The position numbers were made by a program, and so were the translations under genes. Positions 39,741-49,049 of a stretch of DNA of 53,993 nucleotides are shown here, piece by piece. Origin of the DNA: a virus (lineage: Duplodnaviria; Caudoviricetes); the IMG/VR virus record IMGVR_UViG_3300045996_002343, positions 1-53,993 of that record. The stretch is one strand, 5' to 3'. The notes beneath the pieces are model-generated. The model was given only the letters and a program-made list of their open reading frames with translations. It did no database searches and was not told the origin of the DNA. Each line of letters starts with the position of its first letter. Positions within the stretch are counted from its first letter, which is position 1.

Positions 39741-39975
39741 GAAGTGGCAAGTAGTCGACTGGATAAAGGATGCCCTCCATCTCATGGAGGGACCGGCTGA
39801 AGAAGGTCATGAAGTGTCTAGGAGCAACGACAATGGATTCGATCTGAAACTGCAGGACCAAACGTTTGAGGTCCGTGTTGAGGAAGTTGTAAAACCTCCA
39901 CAAGCTCACCGCCAGAAGATCGGGGAGCTCCGCAAGAGCCTCCTCGACGATAACCTAGAACAGGAGATGATTTGA
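39733..39975 (+). CDS. Hypothetical protein
   Basis: GAGGAG RBS; overlaps both neighbours. Confidence 0.6.
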   Translation: MVRKWQVVDWIKDALHLMEGPAEEGHEVSRSNDNGFDLKLQDQTFEVRVEEVVKPPQAHRQKIGELRKSLLDDNLEQEMI

Positions 39976-40370
39976 TGCTGAATCTACCAGCACTGCCCAA
40001 CATAGCAGAGAGGGTCCTGGAAGCACTGGATCGAACTCGAGGCTTCGGCAATACTACTTGCGTGGTTCGGGGAGCCCGTGAGCATGGTGGGATGATCGTG
40101 GTTATGACTCATCACGAGGCTGATAACGTCGCTGTGCAGTTTGGTAAGGGATACGTTCCCTACTGCACAGCGATCGATCTCCCCACCCGGCAGCTGGGAC
40201 ATCAGAAACCTCTGGTGTTCGACAACACAGTCGTTCGAGCTCTGGCTCTGGAGGCAGTTCAATACCGAGCCAATCTCCAACAGGCCATGAACGAGGTCGA
40301 TCGGCTCAGCTCAGAGCTTCGCAAGAGCGAGCTCATGATCGACATGGTAAGGAGTCAACTAAATGTATGA
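39972..40370 (+). CDS. Hypothetical protein
   Basis: AGGAG RBS; C-terminal coiled coil. Confidence 0.6.
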   Translation: MMLNLPALPNIAERVLEALDRTRGFGNTTCVVRGAREHGGMIVVMTHHEADNVAVQFGKGYVPYCTAIDLPTRQLGHQKPLVFDNTVVRALALEAVQYRANLQQAMNEVDRLSSELRKSELMIDMVRSQLNV

Positions 40371-41286
40371 AGCGAAGGTCGTGGCAGATTCCGTTAGTCC
40401 ATGGGGAGCTCGCATCACCTCGATGCAACTCCGCTATCCACTGATTATTCATGCAGAGATGTGCAGGCATCGTTGCTTCTCGAGAAGCGTGGCCTCGAAC
40501 CGAGCCATCCCAACAGCCAAGCAGCTCACGACTGTCAAGGACACTCCTTACATCCCAGAACAGTGGGGAACTAACATTCCTGGAATGTCTGCAGGGCCTC
40601 CTTTGGAGGGGGCCTACCACAATGCAGCAGATACTTTCTGGCTGGATGCCCGCGATGCTGCCTTGGAAAGAGTTCGGTGTCTGCTCAATCTCGAGGTACA
40701 CAAGCAGTGGACGAACAGACTGCTTTCACCCTTCCAGTGGGTTACGGAGATTATTACCGGAACCGACTGGGCGAACTTCTTTGCCTTGCGGGTCCATCCG
40801 GCAGCTCAACCCGAGATGCAAAAGATCGCCGGGATGATGAAGGGAGCCTACGATTCCTCTGAGCCTGAAGAGATGCACGTAGGAGGCTGGCATCTTCCCT
40901 ACATCAAAGAGGTCGACTTCGAGTGGTCCTATAATCGAGTCGAGGATCTATCTGTTGGAGCAGCTCAGAGAGATTTGGCAAGGATCTCGGCAATGAGATG
41001 CGCTCGAGTGAGCTACCTCACTCACGATCGAGAGGATCCCGATCCTCGAAAGGATCTCTCGGACTTCGAGGAGAAGCTCAATAAGCAGGTCCCCAAGCAT
41101 GCCGCGCCGATGGAGCATCAAGCGATGTGTATGCCCCACTCCCTCAATGAAATCTCGATGCCTTCCTTCTCGGATAGTGGAGAGGTAAATGGAATGTTTA
41201 GAGTTCGGCAAGAAGCCCGGTGGGGGAATCTTCGCGGATGGTATCCGTTCAGGATGATGCTGCCGGGACATGTTGTGGAGGGTTAG
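40363..41286 (+). CDS. thyX: Flavin-dependent thymidylate synthase-like protein
   Basis: RHRCFSRSVASNR matches RHRxxSxxxxSxR; also HKQ..NRLL.P and LRVHPAAQPE. Confidence 0.85.
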   Translation: MYEAKVVADSVSPWGARITSMQLRYPLIIHAEMCRHRCFSRSVASNRAIPTAKQLTTVKDTPYIPEQWGTNIPGMSAGPPLEGAYHNAADTFWLDARDAALERVRCLLNLEVHKQWTNRLLSPFQWVTEIITGTDWANFFALRVHPAAQPEMQKIAGMMKGAYDSSEPEEMHVGGWHLPYIKEVDFEWSYNRVEDLSVGAAQRDLARISAMRCARVSYLTHDREDPDPRKDLSDFEEKLNKQVPKHAAPMEHQAMCMPHSLNEISMPSFSDSGEVNGMFRVRQEARWGNLRGWYPFRMMLPGHVVEG

Positions 41287-41341
41287 CCACGGGCCTCCGG
41301 CAGCCACCCGACCAAGCACCGAGGCGAGAAAGGAGCCTGGA

Positions 41342-41617
41342 GTGATAGACGTTAAGAAGCAACGAGGAGGAAGAGTTAAAGAAGGAGCCCTGCAGAGTAT
41401 CACCAGAGTCCCTCACTGGAGGCCGGGCCAATGGATCATCGTGCCTGGGGGAAAGGTCAAGAAGATCCGGACCATCAGCACTCACATTGGTGAGGGACAC
41501 GTGGGGGCTTGTGTCTGGTATGCCAACTGCGAGGATGGTACCAGGCTGGAGGTGAAGAAGATCGTTCGGGAGGCTACTGAACACGAAGTCAATGCTTGGC
41601 TTTTCAAGCTTCAGTAG
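41342..41617 (+). CDS. Hypothetical protein (start uncertain)
   Basis: GTG after AAGGAG; last + strand gene before the terminator. Confidence 0.5.
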   Translation: MIDVKKQRGGRVKEGALQSITRVPHWRPGQWIIVPGGKVKKIRTISTHIGEGHVGACVWYANCEDGTRLEVKKIVREATEHEVNAWLFKLQ

Positions 41618-41623
41618 CAGGGG

Positions 41624-41660
41624 AAGAAAGCCTACCTCCGGATGGGGGTAGGCTTTCTTT
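41624..41660. terminator. Bidirectional intrinsic terminator between the convergent arms
   Basis: AAGAAAGCCTACCTCC / GGGGGTAGGCTTTCTT inverted repeat. Confidence 0.85.
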
Positions 41661-41663
41661 GGG

Positions 41664-41936
41664 CTAAAGACCTTTAGCTTCTACAGCTAACATGACCTGG
41701 TTTTCGAAGTAGGCATCTTCCTTTGCTCTTAAGCGCTCGGCTTCGTAAGGGGCCCCTTCTGGTGTTTGGTCGAAGGCTCCGTCGAGCATGAAGAAGTCTT
41801 CTGCACAGGTGGCAGAAGTGACCACCAGATCTTCCTGATCTTCATCGATGTCGATTGTCATCCCATACTCAAGGCCGAGTCGGATGACTGCATCTAGGAA
41901 TTGCCTGACTCTTGGTGATTGAGTTGATCTCAACAT
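41664..41936 (-). CDS. Hypothetical early protein
   Basis: ATG overlaps the upstream TGA. Confidence 0.6.
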   Translation of the reverse strand: MLRSTQSPRVRQFLDAVIRLGLEYGMTIDIDEDQEDLVVTSATCAEDFFMLDGAFDQTPEGAPYEAERLRAKEDAYFENQVMLAVEAKGL

Positions 41937-42484
41937 CAGAACACCCATTCTCCTTCATCTGGTTGGGGTTGCGGAGGAGGTTCTGGGATTGGCCTTTCGA
42001 CCTTCGGCCCCTTGATCGTTGCGCTATCATTCTCCAGAGCATCTGATCGGATGCGACAGTTGATAGCCGATATGCAGAACACCTCCGTTTTGTTATCGTA
42101 TGTGACGAACGTTGCGATGTCTCGTGAGGTTCCTTCCCTCTTGCACCTCTGACAGGTTCTCGGACGATTCAGGATCGATGCATACTTCTCACTGGATTCC
42201 AAGGTGGGTTCTGGAAGGATCTGATCGTTGCCGATCCTCTGCAGAACCAACTTGTAGTTCCTTACACAGGCATGCACCGAGGCTTCTAGTCCTAGATTCT
42301 GAATCGCCTTGACGAAGCCACCTCTCTGAGGATACTCACCTTCCTCGACGTAGCCCTCTACTACTACTGCATCCTTACCAGATTCGTAGAAGGCCCTTAC
42401 CAATTCCTGAACCGGCCGTCGAGGCATCCGGGATTTCATCCCCTCGAGGTCGATCTCAGTCTGTGTTGGATCCCTCATCCTCAT
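41936..42484 (-). CDS. Putative DNA-binding protein with C-terminal CxxC/CxxxxxC (paralog of 46099-46365)
   Basis: Shares F..S.K..V and F..AI...GL pattern with the paralog; CQRC...CISAINC. Confidence 0.55.
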   Translation of the reverse strand: MRMRDPTQTEIDLEGMKSRMPRRPVQELVRAFYESGKDAVVVEGYVEEGEYPQRGGFVKAIQNLGLEASVHACVRNYKLVLQRIGNDQILPEPTLESSEKYASILNRPRTCQRCKREGTSRDIATFVTYDNKTEVFCISAINCRIRSDALENDSATIKGPKVERPIPEPPPQPQPDEGEWVF

Positions 42485-42752
42485 CTGTTTGGATTCTCCT
42501 GATGTAACGGCGTAGAGGGTTGATCTTGGATCCTACTGATGTCCGGGCAGTGACCCATAGCTTGTGGTCGTCTACCCAGAACTTGTCTCCCTCTTGGATC
42601 TCCCCTTCGTAGACCCTCTGATATCCTTCCGGAATCTCGGGAGAGTCTTTCTTGTAGTGCCGATCAGCTCCCTGGGGAAAGCTTGCAGCCCTGATAGCTG
42701 CAGCAATCGCTGGAGGGATTTGCTCTTTGGGCGGCTGTTGCTTCTTACTCAT
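42456..42752 (-). CDS. Hypothetical protein (P.GY...G....GD.FW motif)
   Basis: Motif shared with the adjacent ORF. Confidence 0.6.
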   Translation of the reverse strand: MSKKQQPPKEQIPPAIAAAIRAASFPQGADRHYKKDSPEIPEGYQRVYEGEIQEGDKFWVDDHKLWVTARTSVGSKINPLRRYIRRIQTDEDEGSNTD

Positions 42753-43152
42753 CTTTGTGCTCCCAGGATACCTTGATATCCAGCTGGACTCCGTCTCTGG
42801 TGAGAGTGGTTTCGGTTTCGGATACGAGATGCAGTTGACTTGCATCGACAATAGTTCCGCGGTCTTTCCACCCCTTCCCCTTGAGATTGTCGATGATCTC
42901 CTCGAAGGTTTGCCAGACCCTGCTGGGTTCTTTCTTCTTGCGGATCAGGCAGACAAACGTGTTCAAGTGTCCAGGACTTTGAACCCGCTTCCAGCATGTT
43001 CCTGCTGGATACCAGAAGAGATCCCCCATCTCTACGGTTCCTCCCTGGATGTGCTCGTAACCGGGAGGAAGGGTAAGCCAGAGTGGTTTGCTCACCGAGG
43101 TCTTTGGGATCTCTACGACTGCGCACTCTGCCCCTTCGATTGGATCGCTCAT
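42745..43152 (-). CDS. Hypothetical protein (P.GY...G....GD.FW motif)
   Basis: Coupled to neighbours; motif shared with the adjacent ORF. Confidence 0.6.
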   Translation of the reverse strand: MSDPIEGAECAVVEIPKTSVSKPLWLTLPPGYEHIQGGTVEMGDLFWYPAGTCWKRVQSPGHLNTFVCLIRKKKEPSRVWQTFEEIIDNLKGKGWKDRGTIVDASQLHLVSETETTLTRDGVQLDIKVSWEHKDE

Positions 43153-43445
43153 TGCTTGACTGCCTTTCTGAAGATAGTTACCTTCACTTTGCGGACACCC
43201 CACTTGATGGCTCGGTTGTAGGGCATCCTAGCATCGAACTTCCACTTGGGATGGCCGGCCCCCATCAGATCATTGATGGGAGCCTTGCCATAACCAGGGA
43301 TTAGGATCCATTTCCCGATGAGATGCTTCTGGTGCCTGTTGACTGCTACACCCCATAGCCTCCTCGAGCCTGTGTAGCTCTTGTGGCCTTTGAGGCAATA
43401 GGCCGTCACCGTTGCTTGGTGTGTAACTATGGCACTGTTCTCCAT
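43149..43445 (-). CDS. 3D-domain (MltA-like) protein
   Basis: VTAY, GVAV, GKWILIPGYG, ND, FD, A.KWG.RKVKV pattern of 3D domains. Confidence 0.7.
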   Translation of the reverse strand: MENSAIVTHQATVTAYCLKGHKSYTGSRRLWGVAVNRHQKHLIGKWILIPGYGKAPINDLMGAGHPKWKFDARMPYNRAIKWGVRKVKVTIFRKAVKQ

Positions 43446-43675
43446 TCTTCTCCTACTAACTCCTGGATCAACACAGGAGGTGCCTGACTCCATCTCCTAA
43501 CCGGTAGGTCGTCGACGTAGAGAGTGATATGCTGAATGTTGGCCCATCCGTTGACTGTCAGGATATTTACTATCCGATCGTAGTCAGGATAGCCCAGGTT
43601 CTCCGAGAAGCCTCCGAAGTCTACCGACTTGGACTTCTCATCCCGATCGACGAACAACAGGTATGTCTCTTTCAT
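43427..43675 (-). CDS. Hypothetical early protein
   Basis: AAGGA RBS; tight packing. Confidence 0.55.
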   Translation of the reverse strand: MKETYLLFVDRDEKSKSVDFGGFSENLGYPDYDRIVNILTVNGWANIQHITLYVDDLPVRRWSQAPPVLIQELVGEEWRTVP

Positions 43676-43679
43676 CTAA

Positions 43680-44090
43680 CTATCCTTGTTGTGCGACTGA
43701 TCGATCCTCAAGGACCAACTTGACGTTTCGGAGAGCGGGGCACTTGGTGCATCTCTGCCGATCTCCCAGAGAATTGCTGACCCAGTTGTGTTCGCAGGTC
43801 TCCTCACTGTGGTTGTCATCCCATGTTGGAGCGCCCGTTGACTCCTCGGCACCCTCATCTGCAGCCCTTGGCACCTCGACTGTCAACACCTGCTCCATCT
43901 CGATCCTTCTCCGATCCACTGCATGTAAGAGATCGTTGAATTGCTCCAGCGAGAGCCAGATCCCTACTGCACACTCTCCGCTTGAGACCTGAAGGAACGT
44001 TCTATTCTTCTCATGGTCTGAAGGATCTCCTTCGACCTTGATCCTGGCTTTATCATCTTGCCACGGATGGCAGTATATTGTGTTGATCAT
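43680..44090 (-). CDS. Hypothetical protein with C-terminal CxH/CxxC
   Basis: CEHNW...RCTKC; ATG overlaps the upstream stop. Confidence 0.55.
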   Translation of the reverse strand: MINTIYCHPWQDDKARIKVEGDPSDHEKNRTFLQVSSGECAVGIWLSLEQFNDLLHAVDRRRIEMEQVLTVEVPRAADEGAEESTGAPTWDDNHSEETCEHNWVSNSLGDRQRCTKCPALRNVKLVLEDRSVAQQG

Positions 44091-44398
44091 TCTGGATCCT
44101 TTTCTCCCGACGGTTCGGGAAGATCGTTGAGATCGACGGACTCCCCCTCTTTCGAAGGGGAGCCGAAGATTGAATCTACATCCCAGCCACGAGGAGTGAG
44201 GACTTCCATTCCACATTCCCCCTCTGCTGCTACCAGCTCGTCAGCCTTTTCGGTGGCCTCTACCTCTGAGGCTGCTTGGACGTAGCGAGTCCGCTTTGAT
44301 CGTGGGTGTAAGGTGTAGAGTCGAAAGGGCTTGTCGCTGTTCCCTCTCTTTGCCTGCTGCAACTCGAAGTGTTTGTTACCATGTTCCTGTTTCGACAT
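44087..44398 (-). CDS. Hypothetical early protein
   Basis: GGAGG RBS. Confidence 0.55.
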   Translation of the reverse strand: MSKQEHGNKHFELQQAKRGNSDKPFRLYTLHPRSKRTRYVQAASEVEATEKADELVAAEGECGMEVLTPRGWDVDSIFGSPSKEGESVDLNDLPEPSGEKDPE

Positions 44399-44504
44399 AA
44401 TCCTCCATAATGCCATCCACGATGTCGACCATGAAGTTCGCGAACCACCACAGCGCTACCAGGCCCAGGAAGCTAAAGCACGCGGCCGAAAGAAGTTGGT
44501 TCAT
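44376..44504 (-). CDS. Small membrane protein (42 aa, not in ORF track)
   Basis: MNQLLSAACFSFLGLVALWWFANFMVDIVDGIMEDYVETGTW fills the gap between neighbours. Confidence 0.45.
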   Translation of the reverse strand: MNQLLSAACFSFLGLVALWWFANFMVDIVDGIMEDYVETGTW

Positions 44505-44964
44505 CTTCGGTAGATTCCTTCTCGAGAGATGCGACATAGTTGGGGGCATCGGCGATGAGGTAGTCGAGCAGTTCGATGAGATCGTCTCGCCGCTCGCGCA
44601 TGACCGACGTCATTGAATCGTCAGTGATATTGCGGAGTCCTGGCAGACTCCAGTGCTCCTGATTCGGCCTCATGACCCGATGCGAGTTTGCAGCCATTGC
44701 GTATTGACCTGCAAGCATCGCTACCGGCTCTACGTATTCGTATCCTCCCTGACGCATGAGATCGACTGCATTCATGATGGTATGGAGGCATCCTTTAATG
44801 GATTTGGCCTCCTCTTCAGATTCTTTAAACTTCCGCTCGATGTGGTCGGTCTCGTCCTTGATCGTTTGCAGCACCTTCACGATCCCATCGACTGATTGGC
44901 AGGCCTTTCGAGCCGTCAGCATCAGCAGTACCTCGGTCATCATGTTCTCAAAGCTCATCTTCAT
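44473..44964 (-). CDS. Hypothetical helical protein
   Basis: GAGGA RBS before MKMS. Confidence 0.55.
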   Translation of the reverse strand: MKMSFENMMTEVLLMLTARKACQSVDGIVKVLQTIKDETDHIERKFKESEEEAKSIKGCLHTIMNAVDLMRQGGYEYVEPVAMLAGQYAMAANSHRVMRPNQEHWSLPGLRNITDDSMTSVMRERRDDLIELLDYLIADAPNYVASLEKESTEDEPTSFGRVL

Positions 44965-45229
44965 CTTCCTCGAGTTCACCTTCTTGGAACTCCTGAATCG
45001 TGTCTGTTTGGTGTTTGGGAGCTCGGTGTTCGATTCTTGCTCCCTTTGCTTTCTCCGCTTCAACATCGTTGCGGAGACCTATTGAATAGCGCAGGACGTT
45101 ATAAACTTGTTGGTATCGGCACTTCCCTCCGTATTCCTTTTCGATCTGTTCTGCAATGGCAGAGATGCTCATCTTTTCGGCCGCTAGCTCCCGCATCCTA
45201 GCGGCTTTGCTTCCTTGCTCCGAAGCCAC
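44948..45229 (-). CDS. Small HTH-like protein (paralog family)
   Basis: SK...RELAAEKMSISAIA...YQQVYNVL; GGAGG RBS. Confidence 0.65.
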   Translation of the reverse strand: MASEQGSKAARMRELAAEKMSISAIAEQIEKEYGGKCRYQQVYNVLRYSIGLRNDVEAEKAKGARIEHRAPKHQTDTIQEFQEGELEEDEDEL

Positions 45230-45725
45230 GTTTGACCTCCTCCATCATCCGAAGGTAGTTTTCCAGCTCCGGTCTTGAGCTATCTATTTTGGCTTTCTGC
45301 ATCCGCTTCTCGAGATCCAACTTGATTGCTCGGAAGGCAGCAGGATCGTCGTTCCAGCCTTTCTGCAGATCCGCCAGTTGCTTCTCATCTGTAGGCCAGA
45401 TGTAGTTGTCGATAGATGGCATCTCAGCCACGTCACACTTGAAGACATCGACATGCTGGATCATCTTACGGATCTGAAAGCACCTCAGAGTGTTATCGCA
45501 CTTCTTCAGTTGACCGTTGAGCCCCATCTTTGTGGCTGCGAGCATGTTGGTGACTCGATAGATCCGATTCCGATTGGAGTCCCCCTCTCCTGGATCCTCG
45601 CAGAGATATTGCTTCAATCTCTCCAGAGCATCCTTGCAGCTCTTTTCATCTTGGAAGCTCAATCCGATCCGGAGGCATTGCCAGTTGTAGTCGTAGATCA
45701 ACTTCCTCACGACTTGAACCTCCAA
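45198..45725 (-). CDS. Hypothetical early protein
   Basis: 175-aa ORF in the operon. Confidence 0.6.
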   Translation of the reverse strand: MEVQVVRKLIYDYNWQCLRIGLSFQDEKSCKDALERLKQYLCEDPGEGDSNRNRIYRVTNMLAATKMGLNGQLKKCDNTLRCFQIRKMIQHVDVFKCDVAEMPSIDNYIWPTDEKQLADLQKGWNDDPAAFRAIKLDLEKRMQKAKIDSSRPELENYLRMMEEVKRGFGARKQSR

Positions 45726-45799
45726 CTGCAGTAGAGCGCAGTGATCACAGATCCTATCAGAGATCCGATAAAGCCTGCCAGAATGAATTCACTGATCAT
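45707..45799 (-). CDS. Small hydrophobic ORF (30 aa)
   Basis: MISEFILAGFIGSLIGSVITALYCSWRFKS after GGGAG. Confidence 0.4.
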   Translation of the reverse strand: MISEFILAGFIGSLIGSVITALYCSWRFKS

Positions 45800-46106
45800 T
45801 GATCTTCTCCCCAGCTGCTGGAACTTCCAGTGTAGCTAGTGATCGTTTGTCGACCCAGAAGACAAACTTCTCATCTTCGTGGCGGACAGACACTCCCCAT
45901 CCAGCATTCCTGAAATGAATAGCCACGAAGTTGAGTGTCCTTGCACGTGTTCCAGAAGGGAAGATGATCTCCAGTGTCTTCCCTTCGTAGGCTTGCTGCA
46001 AGGTGTTGTTCAATGCATTGATCATCTCGGTTGCATTAAGAACATCCCCTTCCGCAAGATCCATTACCTCTTGAGGCGTTACCGCTCTTGGATAGGTCTT
46101 ACCCAT
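45789..46106 (-). CDS. Hypothetical early protein
   Basis: Overlapping neighbours in the operon. Confidence 0.6.
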   Translation of the reverse strand: MGKTYPRAVTPQEVMDLAEGDVLNATEMINALNNTLQQAYEGKTLEIIFPSGTRARTLNFVAIHFRNAGWGVSVRHEDEKFVFWVDKRSLATLEVPAAGEKINDQ

Positions 46107-46365
46107 TTTCTTCAGCTTCCTCCTTGAACTTGATCAGGTAGAGGTTCAGGCGACGGCGCTTTACCGTCATCTTCTCGGCCAACCCCATCCGATCGATTGC
46201 GTTGCGGAATGCAACGTTGGCCTTGTTGGCTTCAGCAGAATCGTCGAACTCGTAAGCTACCTGCTGCTTATCCGAATCCGCAAACTGCTGAACGTATTCT
46301 ACCCAGAAGCCCATTGGCTTTCGGGCAGTTTCATTTTCCAGCTTCTTATCAGTTTCCTTCAACAT
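46099..46365 (-). CDS. Putative small DNA-binding protein
   Basis: GAGGAG RBS; paralog of the N-terminal part of 41936-42484. Confidence 0.6.
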   Translation of the reverse strand: MLKETDKKLENETARKPMGFWVEYVQQFADSDKQQVAYEFDDSAEANKANVAFRNAIDRMGLAEKMTVKRRRLNLYLIKFKEEAEENG

Positions 46366-46819
46366 TGGATCTCCTCAACTTGCTAGGTCTCCCGACCTTG
46401 CGTCGCATCTCATTCTCTAACCGTTCTTCAGGCTCTGTATCTTCTGAGCCTTCCAGCCTCTCGACGCTGTGTTCGATCAGCCGGATCGCTGCCACCAGAT
46501 CGTTGTTCCAGTTAGTAACTCTCGACCATCTCTTCTCCCTTTTCCCTGTAGGATTCCGAACTTCAATCCAGAACGCTCGTTCCTCTACTGACATGTTATC
46601 GAGGATGCTCAGAAGTTTCATGAGGTATGCAGAATTGAAAGTCCGTTGGACCGTGAACTTCTTGGTTCGCAGATTGTACGTCTCGACTCCGTGATCCGTA
46701 AGGAACTCGTACAGGATCGGATAGGTATCCTCCAGAGCTTCATACTTCAGAGGTTCGTGAGAACCTGCTTCGAAGACATACAGCCGGTAGTGCTTATAGC
46801 GGTTCCTGTTACGTCTCAT
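46349..46819 (-). CDS. Hypothetical protein with basic C-terminal RKVGRP
   Basis: First gene after the promoter at 46872-46901. Confidence 0.6.
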   Translation of the reverse strand: MRRNRNRYKHYRLYVFEAGSHEPLKYEALEDTYPILYEFLTDHGVETYNLRTKKFTVQRTFNSAYLMKLLSILDNMSVEERAFWIEVRNPTGKREKRWSRVTNWNNDLVAAIRLIEHSVERLEGSEDTEPEERLENEMRRKVGRPSKLRRSNVEGN

Positions 46820-46871
46820 CGCATCTTTCTTTCAGGTTCGAATGTTACTTTCTTTTCGATCTATCTATATA

Positions 46872-46901
46872 ATTATATATCAAAACGTGAGGTAAAATCA
46901 A
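46872..46901 (-). promoter_or_regulatory. Sigma70-type promoter
   Basis: TTGATT, 18 bp, TATAAT on the - strand; shares CTTGATTTTACCT with the promoter at ~30080. Confidence 0.75.
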
Positions 46902-46955
46902 GTTCTTACCCGGTACATTTTTTAAGTTATTTTTGATCATTGGCTCCCTGGCATA

Positions 46956-46988
46956 GGCTTCCAGATCCTGGTGGGGAATCTGGAAGCC
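46956..46988 (-). terminator. Hairpin downstream of 47002-47232 (terminator or processing site)
   Basis: GGCTTCCAGAT / ATCTGGAAGCC inverted repeat. Confidence 0.45.
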
Positions 46989-47001
46989 CTGCGCCACCCG
47001 G

Positions 47002-47232
47002 CTACGCAGCCTTGTTGCTGGGGAAGTTCTCTTCATCCCAAATGAGAGACCTCCAAAGTCCCCTTCTTATCTGCTCGACCTCTCCTCTCTTCTTCGCATT
47101 AGTGATAGCAGGACCGCTAGAAGATGGATGAGCATCTACTAGTTCAGTCCTCATAGCCTCGTCGAACTGTGCTCTGGTGAATTCAGGATTCGCCACACAG
47201 AAGTGGTAGAGTAGCTCCTTGACCGTCTTCAT
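47002..47232 (-). CDS. Hypothetical, possible winged-helix protein
   Basis: KKRGEVEQIRRGLW wing-like motif. Confidence 0.55.
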   Translation of the reverse strand: MKTVKELLYHFCVANPEFTRAQFDEAMRTELVDAHPSSSGPAITNAKKRGEVEQIRRGLWRSLIWDEENFPSNKAA

Positions 47233-47616
47233 CTAAGCAGCCTGGGATTCCTGCTTGCTGGCGTACTGCTTATGCTTGGCGTCCATCACTTCATGATCGC
47301 TCGTGGTCAGCTTTCGTGGGTAGACCTGAGCTCCTCCCTTGTGGGTCTTGTTGACCCTGTTAGCTTCCTGTTGCGCGATTGTAATGCTGTTCAGAGCGTT
47401 GTAGTTCCAATGGCGTTCGATCCCTCCCGGCAAGCGGTAGAAGAGGCCATACGCTCGTCCGATTCGGTCGTTGTTGTTCCTATTCATCTTACCCTCCTCG
47501 TTCCTAACCATTGCACACGCAGTTTGCAGGTCGAGCATCACAGTCCCACCTGCTTCATCGACGAGCTGACGCACACGGGCAATCTGCTCCTTGGTGAGAG
47601 GCTGCCTATTCATCAC
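47233..47616 (-). CDS. Hypothetical early protein
   Basis: Abuts both neighbours. Confidence 0.55.
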   Translation of the reverse strand: MMNRQPLTKEQIARVRQLVDEAGGTVMLDLQTACAMVRNEEGKMNRNNNDRIGRAYGLFYRLPGGIERHWNYNALNSITIAQQEANRVNKTHKGGAQVYPRKLTTSDHEVMDAKHKQYASKQESQAA

Positions 47617-47902
47617 CTTCCTCGCTGAGATCCATCACTCCGTAGAGATGATAGACCAACCAGCCAAGTTGTGCTGTTCCGAAGTAGAACTCCTCATCTG
47701 TCGGTTCGAAAGGCTGTCCTGTGAACCTCAAGAACCAACTCGAGATTTCTCCCTCTCCCTCCAGATCATGTTCGATCCAGAGAACCAGTTGATTCCCCTG
47801 GGCAGCGAACGCTCTTGCCAATCCGAATCCTGGATACTTGATCTCCTGGACCTCATCGATCTTGTCGGGATCCAGAACGTATTTGTAGATGACGCGCTTC
47901 AT
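47606..47902 (-). CDS. Hypothetical phage protein
   Basis: MKRVIYKY..TGQP..Y.GT....LVYHLY, a pattern familiar from small phage proteins. Confidence 0.6.
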   Translation of the reverse strand: MKRVIYKYVLDPDKIDEVQEIKYPGFGLARAFAAQGNQLVLWIEHDLEGEGEISSWFLRFTGQPFEPTDEEFYFGTAQLGWLVYHLYGVMDLSEEGDE

Positions 47903-47903
47903 G

Positions 47904-48149
47904 TTAACGGCTTCCTCTCGGCTCCCCTTGCTCTTCAATGATCTCGACCTTGGCTATGTGGCAGTACCACATCAGTTGAAATTCGTAGAGGCTCTTCTTA
48001 ACCTCACGAGCCTGTTCTAGGGTCTCCCTCTCGATAAGGTACTCCAGATCATTGATCTGCACCCCTTTCCTCTGTTGAATGTACCACTCCAGTGCACTGC
48101 TCGGAGTGTTCATTGGACTGAACACCAGCATGTAGGTAACTTTAGGCAT
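47904..48149 (-). CDS. Hypothetical early protein
   Basis: AGGAG RBS. Confidence 0.55.
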   Translation of the reverse strand: MPKVTYMLVFSPMNTPSSALEWYIQQRKGVQINDLEYLIERETLEQAREVKKSLYEFQLMWYCHIAKVEIIEEQGEPRGSR

Positions 48150-48155
48150 CTGCTC

Positions 48156-48419
48156 CTACTCCCCTTTCAATTGCATCCGGATCTCGTAGATCTCCTCTTC
48201 AGAGATCACGACCCCTTCGCACAGCATAGCTGAACTCACCAGTTCAGCTATGGCGTCGGCTATCGATAGGGCTGTTTCGTCTTCCCATCCGAACCGTTGT
48301 GCCACTCCGAAGCGTGCCTGCTCCATCAGCCGAATGGCTTCCAGAACCGCTTCCTTCTGGCGTGCTGGTGACTGATCGTCGCTTGGCTTCACATAGAGCT
48401 CGTCGTTCTGCTCGCTCAT
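48156..48419 (-). CDS. Hypothetical acidic protein
   Basis: First gene after the promoter at 48475-48512. Confidence 0.6.
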   Translation of the reverse strand: MSEQNDELYVKPSDDQSPARQKEAVLEAIRLMEQARFGVAQRFGWEDETALSIADAIAELVSSAMLCEGVVISEEEIYEIRMQLKGE

Positions 48420-48474
48420 CGTTCATGTTGCTCCTGTCGTATATAGATGAAGCGCCTTTCGCTCTATCTATATA

Positions 48475-48512
48475 ATTATATAACAAATCTCAAGGCCCGA
48501 CAAACTCTTTGG
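48475..48512 (-). promoter_or_regulatory. Early promoter, CCAAAGAGTT-N22-TATAAT
   Basis: Same box and spacing at 50288-50325 and 51698-51735. Confidence 0.75.
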
Positions 48513-48534
48513 CCCTAAGTATTTTTTACCTCCC

Positions 48535-48984
48535 CTACTGGATCCCATGAATGTCCTGGTACGCTGAGATTGCATAGTCGCGCAACTCCAGAGGATCCAG
48601 TAAGTCGAGATCACCATCATACCATTCACACGCGATGAGATACTGGTACATAAGACGTTGAGTCTCTTCGTCGTAGGGATCCATCGTTCCATTGTTGAAC
48701 TGGTCGTATGCGACCTCCATCGCCCCTTCGACGAATTGGTTCAGGGCATCCCACATCTGCTGCTCGTCGAAGTATCCACCAGGGATCATGAACATCCTGC
48801 CCACGACTTCGTGCATCTCCTCAGGCGTTGGAACCAAATGGAATCCGAACTCCTTCTCTCCCATGAAGTTGATGCCCAAACTGAGTACAGGTTGATCAGT
48901 CACTTCGTCATCCATCTTCCGGTAGAAATTGTGCACGAAGTAAGAATCTACGAACAACGCCTGAATTGGCTTCACATCTTCCAT
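48535..48984 (-). CDS. Acidic hypothetical protein (paralog of 50372-50803)
   Basis: Shared M.M.PGG..D motif. Start moved to MEDVK. Confidence 0.6.
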   Translation of the reverse strand: MEDVKPIQALFVDSYFVHNFYRKMDDEVTDQPVLSLGINFMGEKEFGFHLVPTPEEMHEVVGRMFMIPGGYFDEQQMWDALNQFVEGAMEVAYDQFNNGTMDPYDEETQRLMYQYLIACEWYDGDLDLLDPLELRDYAISAYQDIHGIQ

Positions 48985-49049
48985 GACTTCCCATCCTTTC
49001 AGGGGGCAGAGGGAACCCGCATCTCGACGTACGGGCTCCCTTGATTGCT

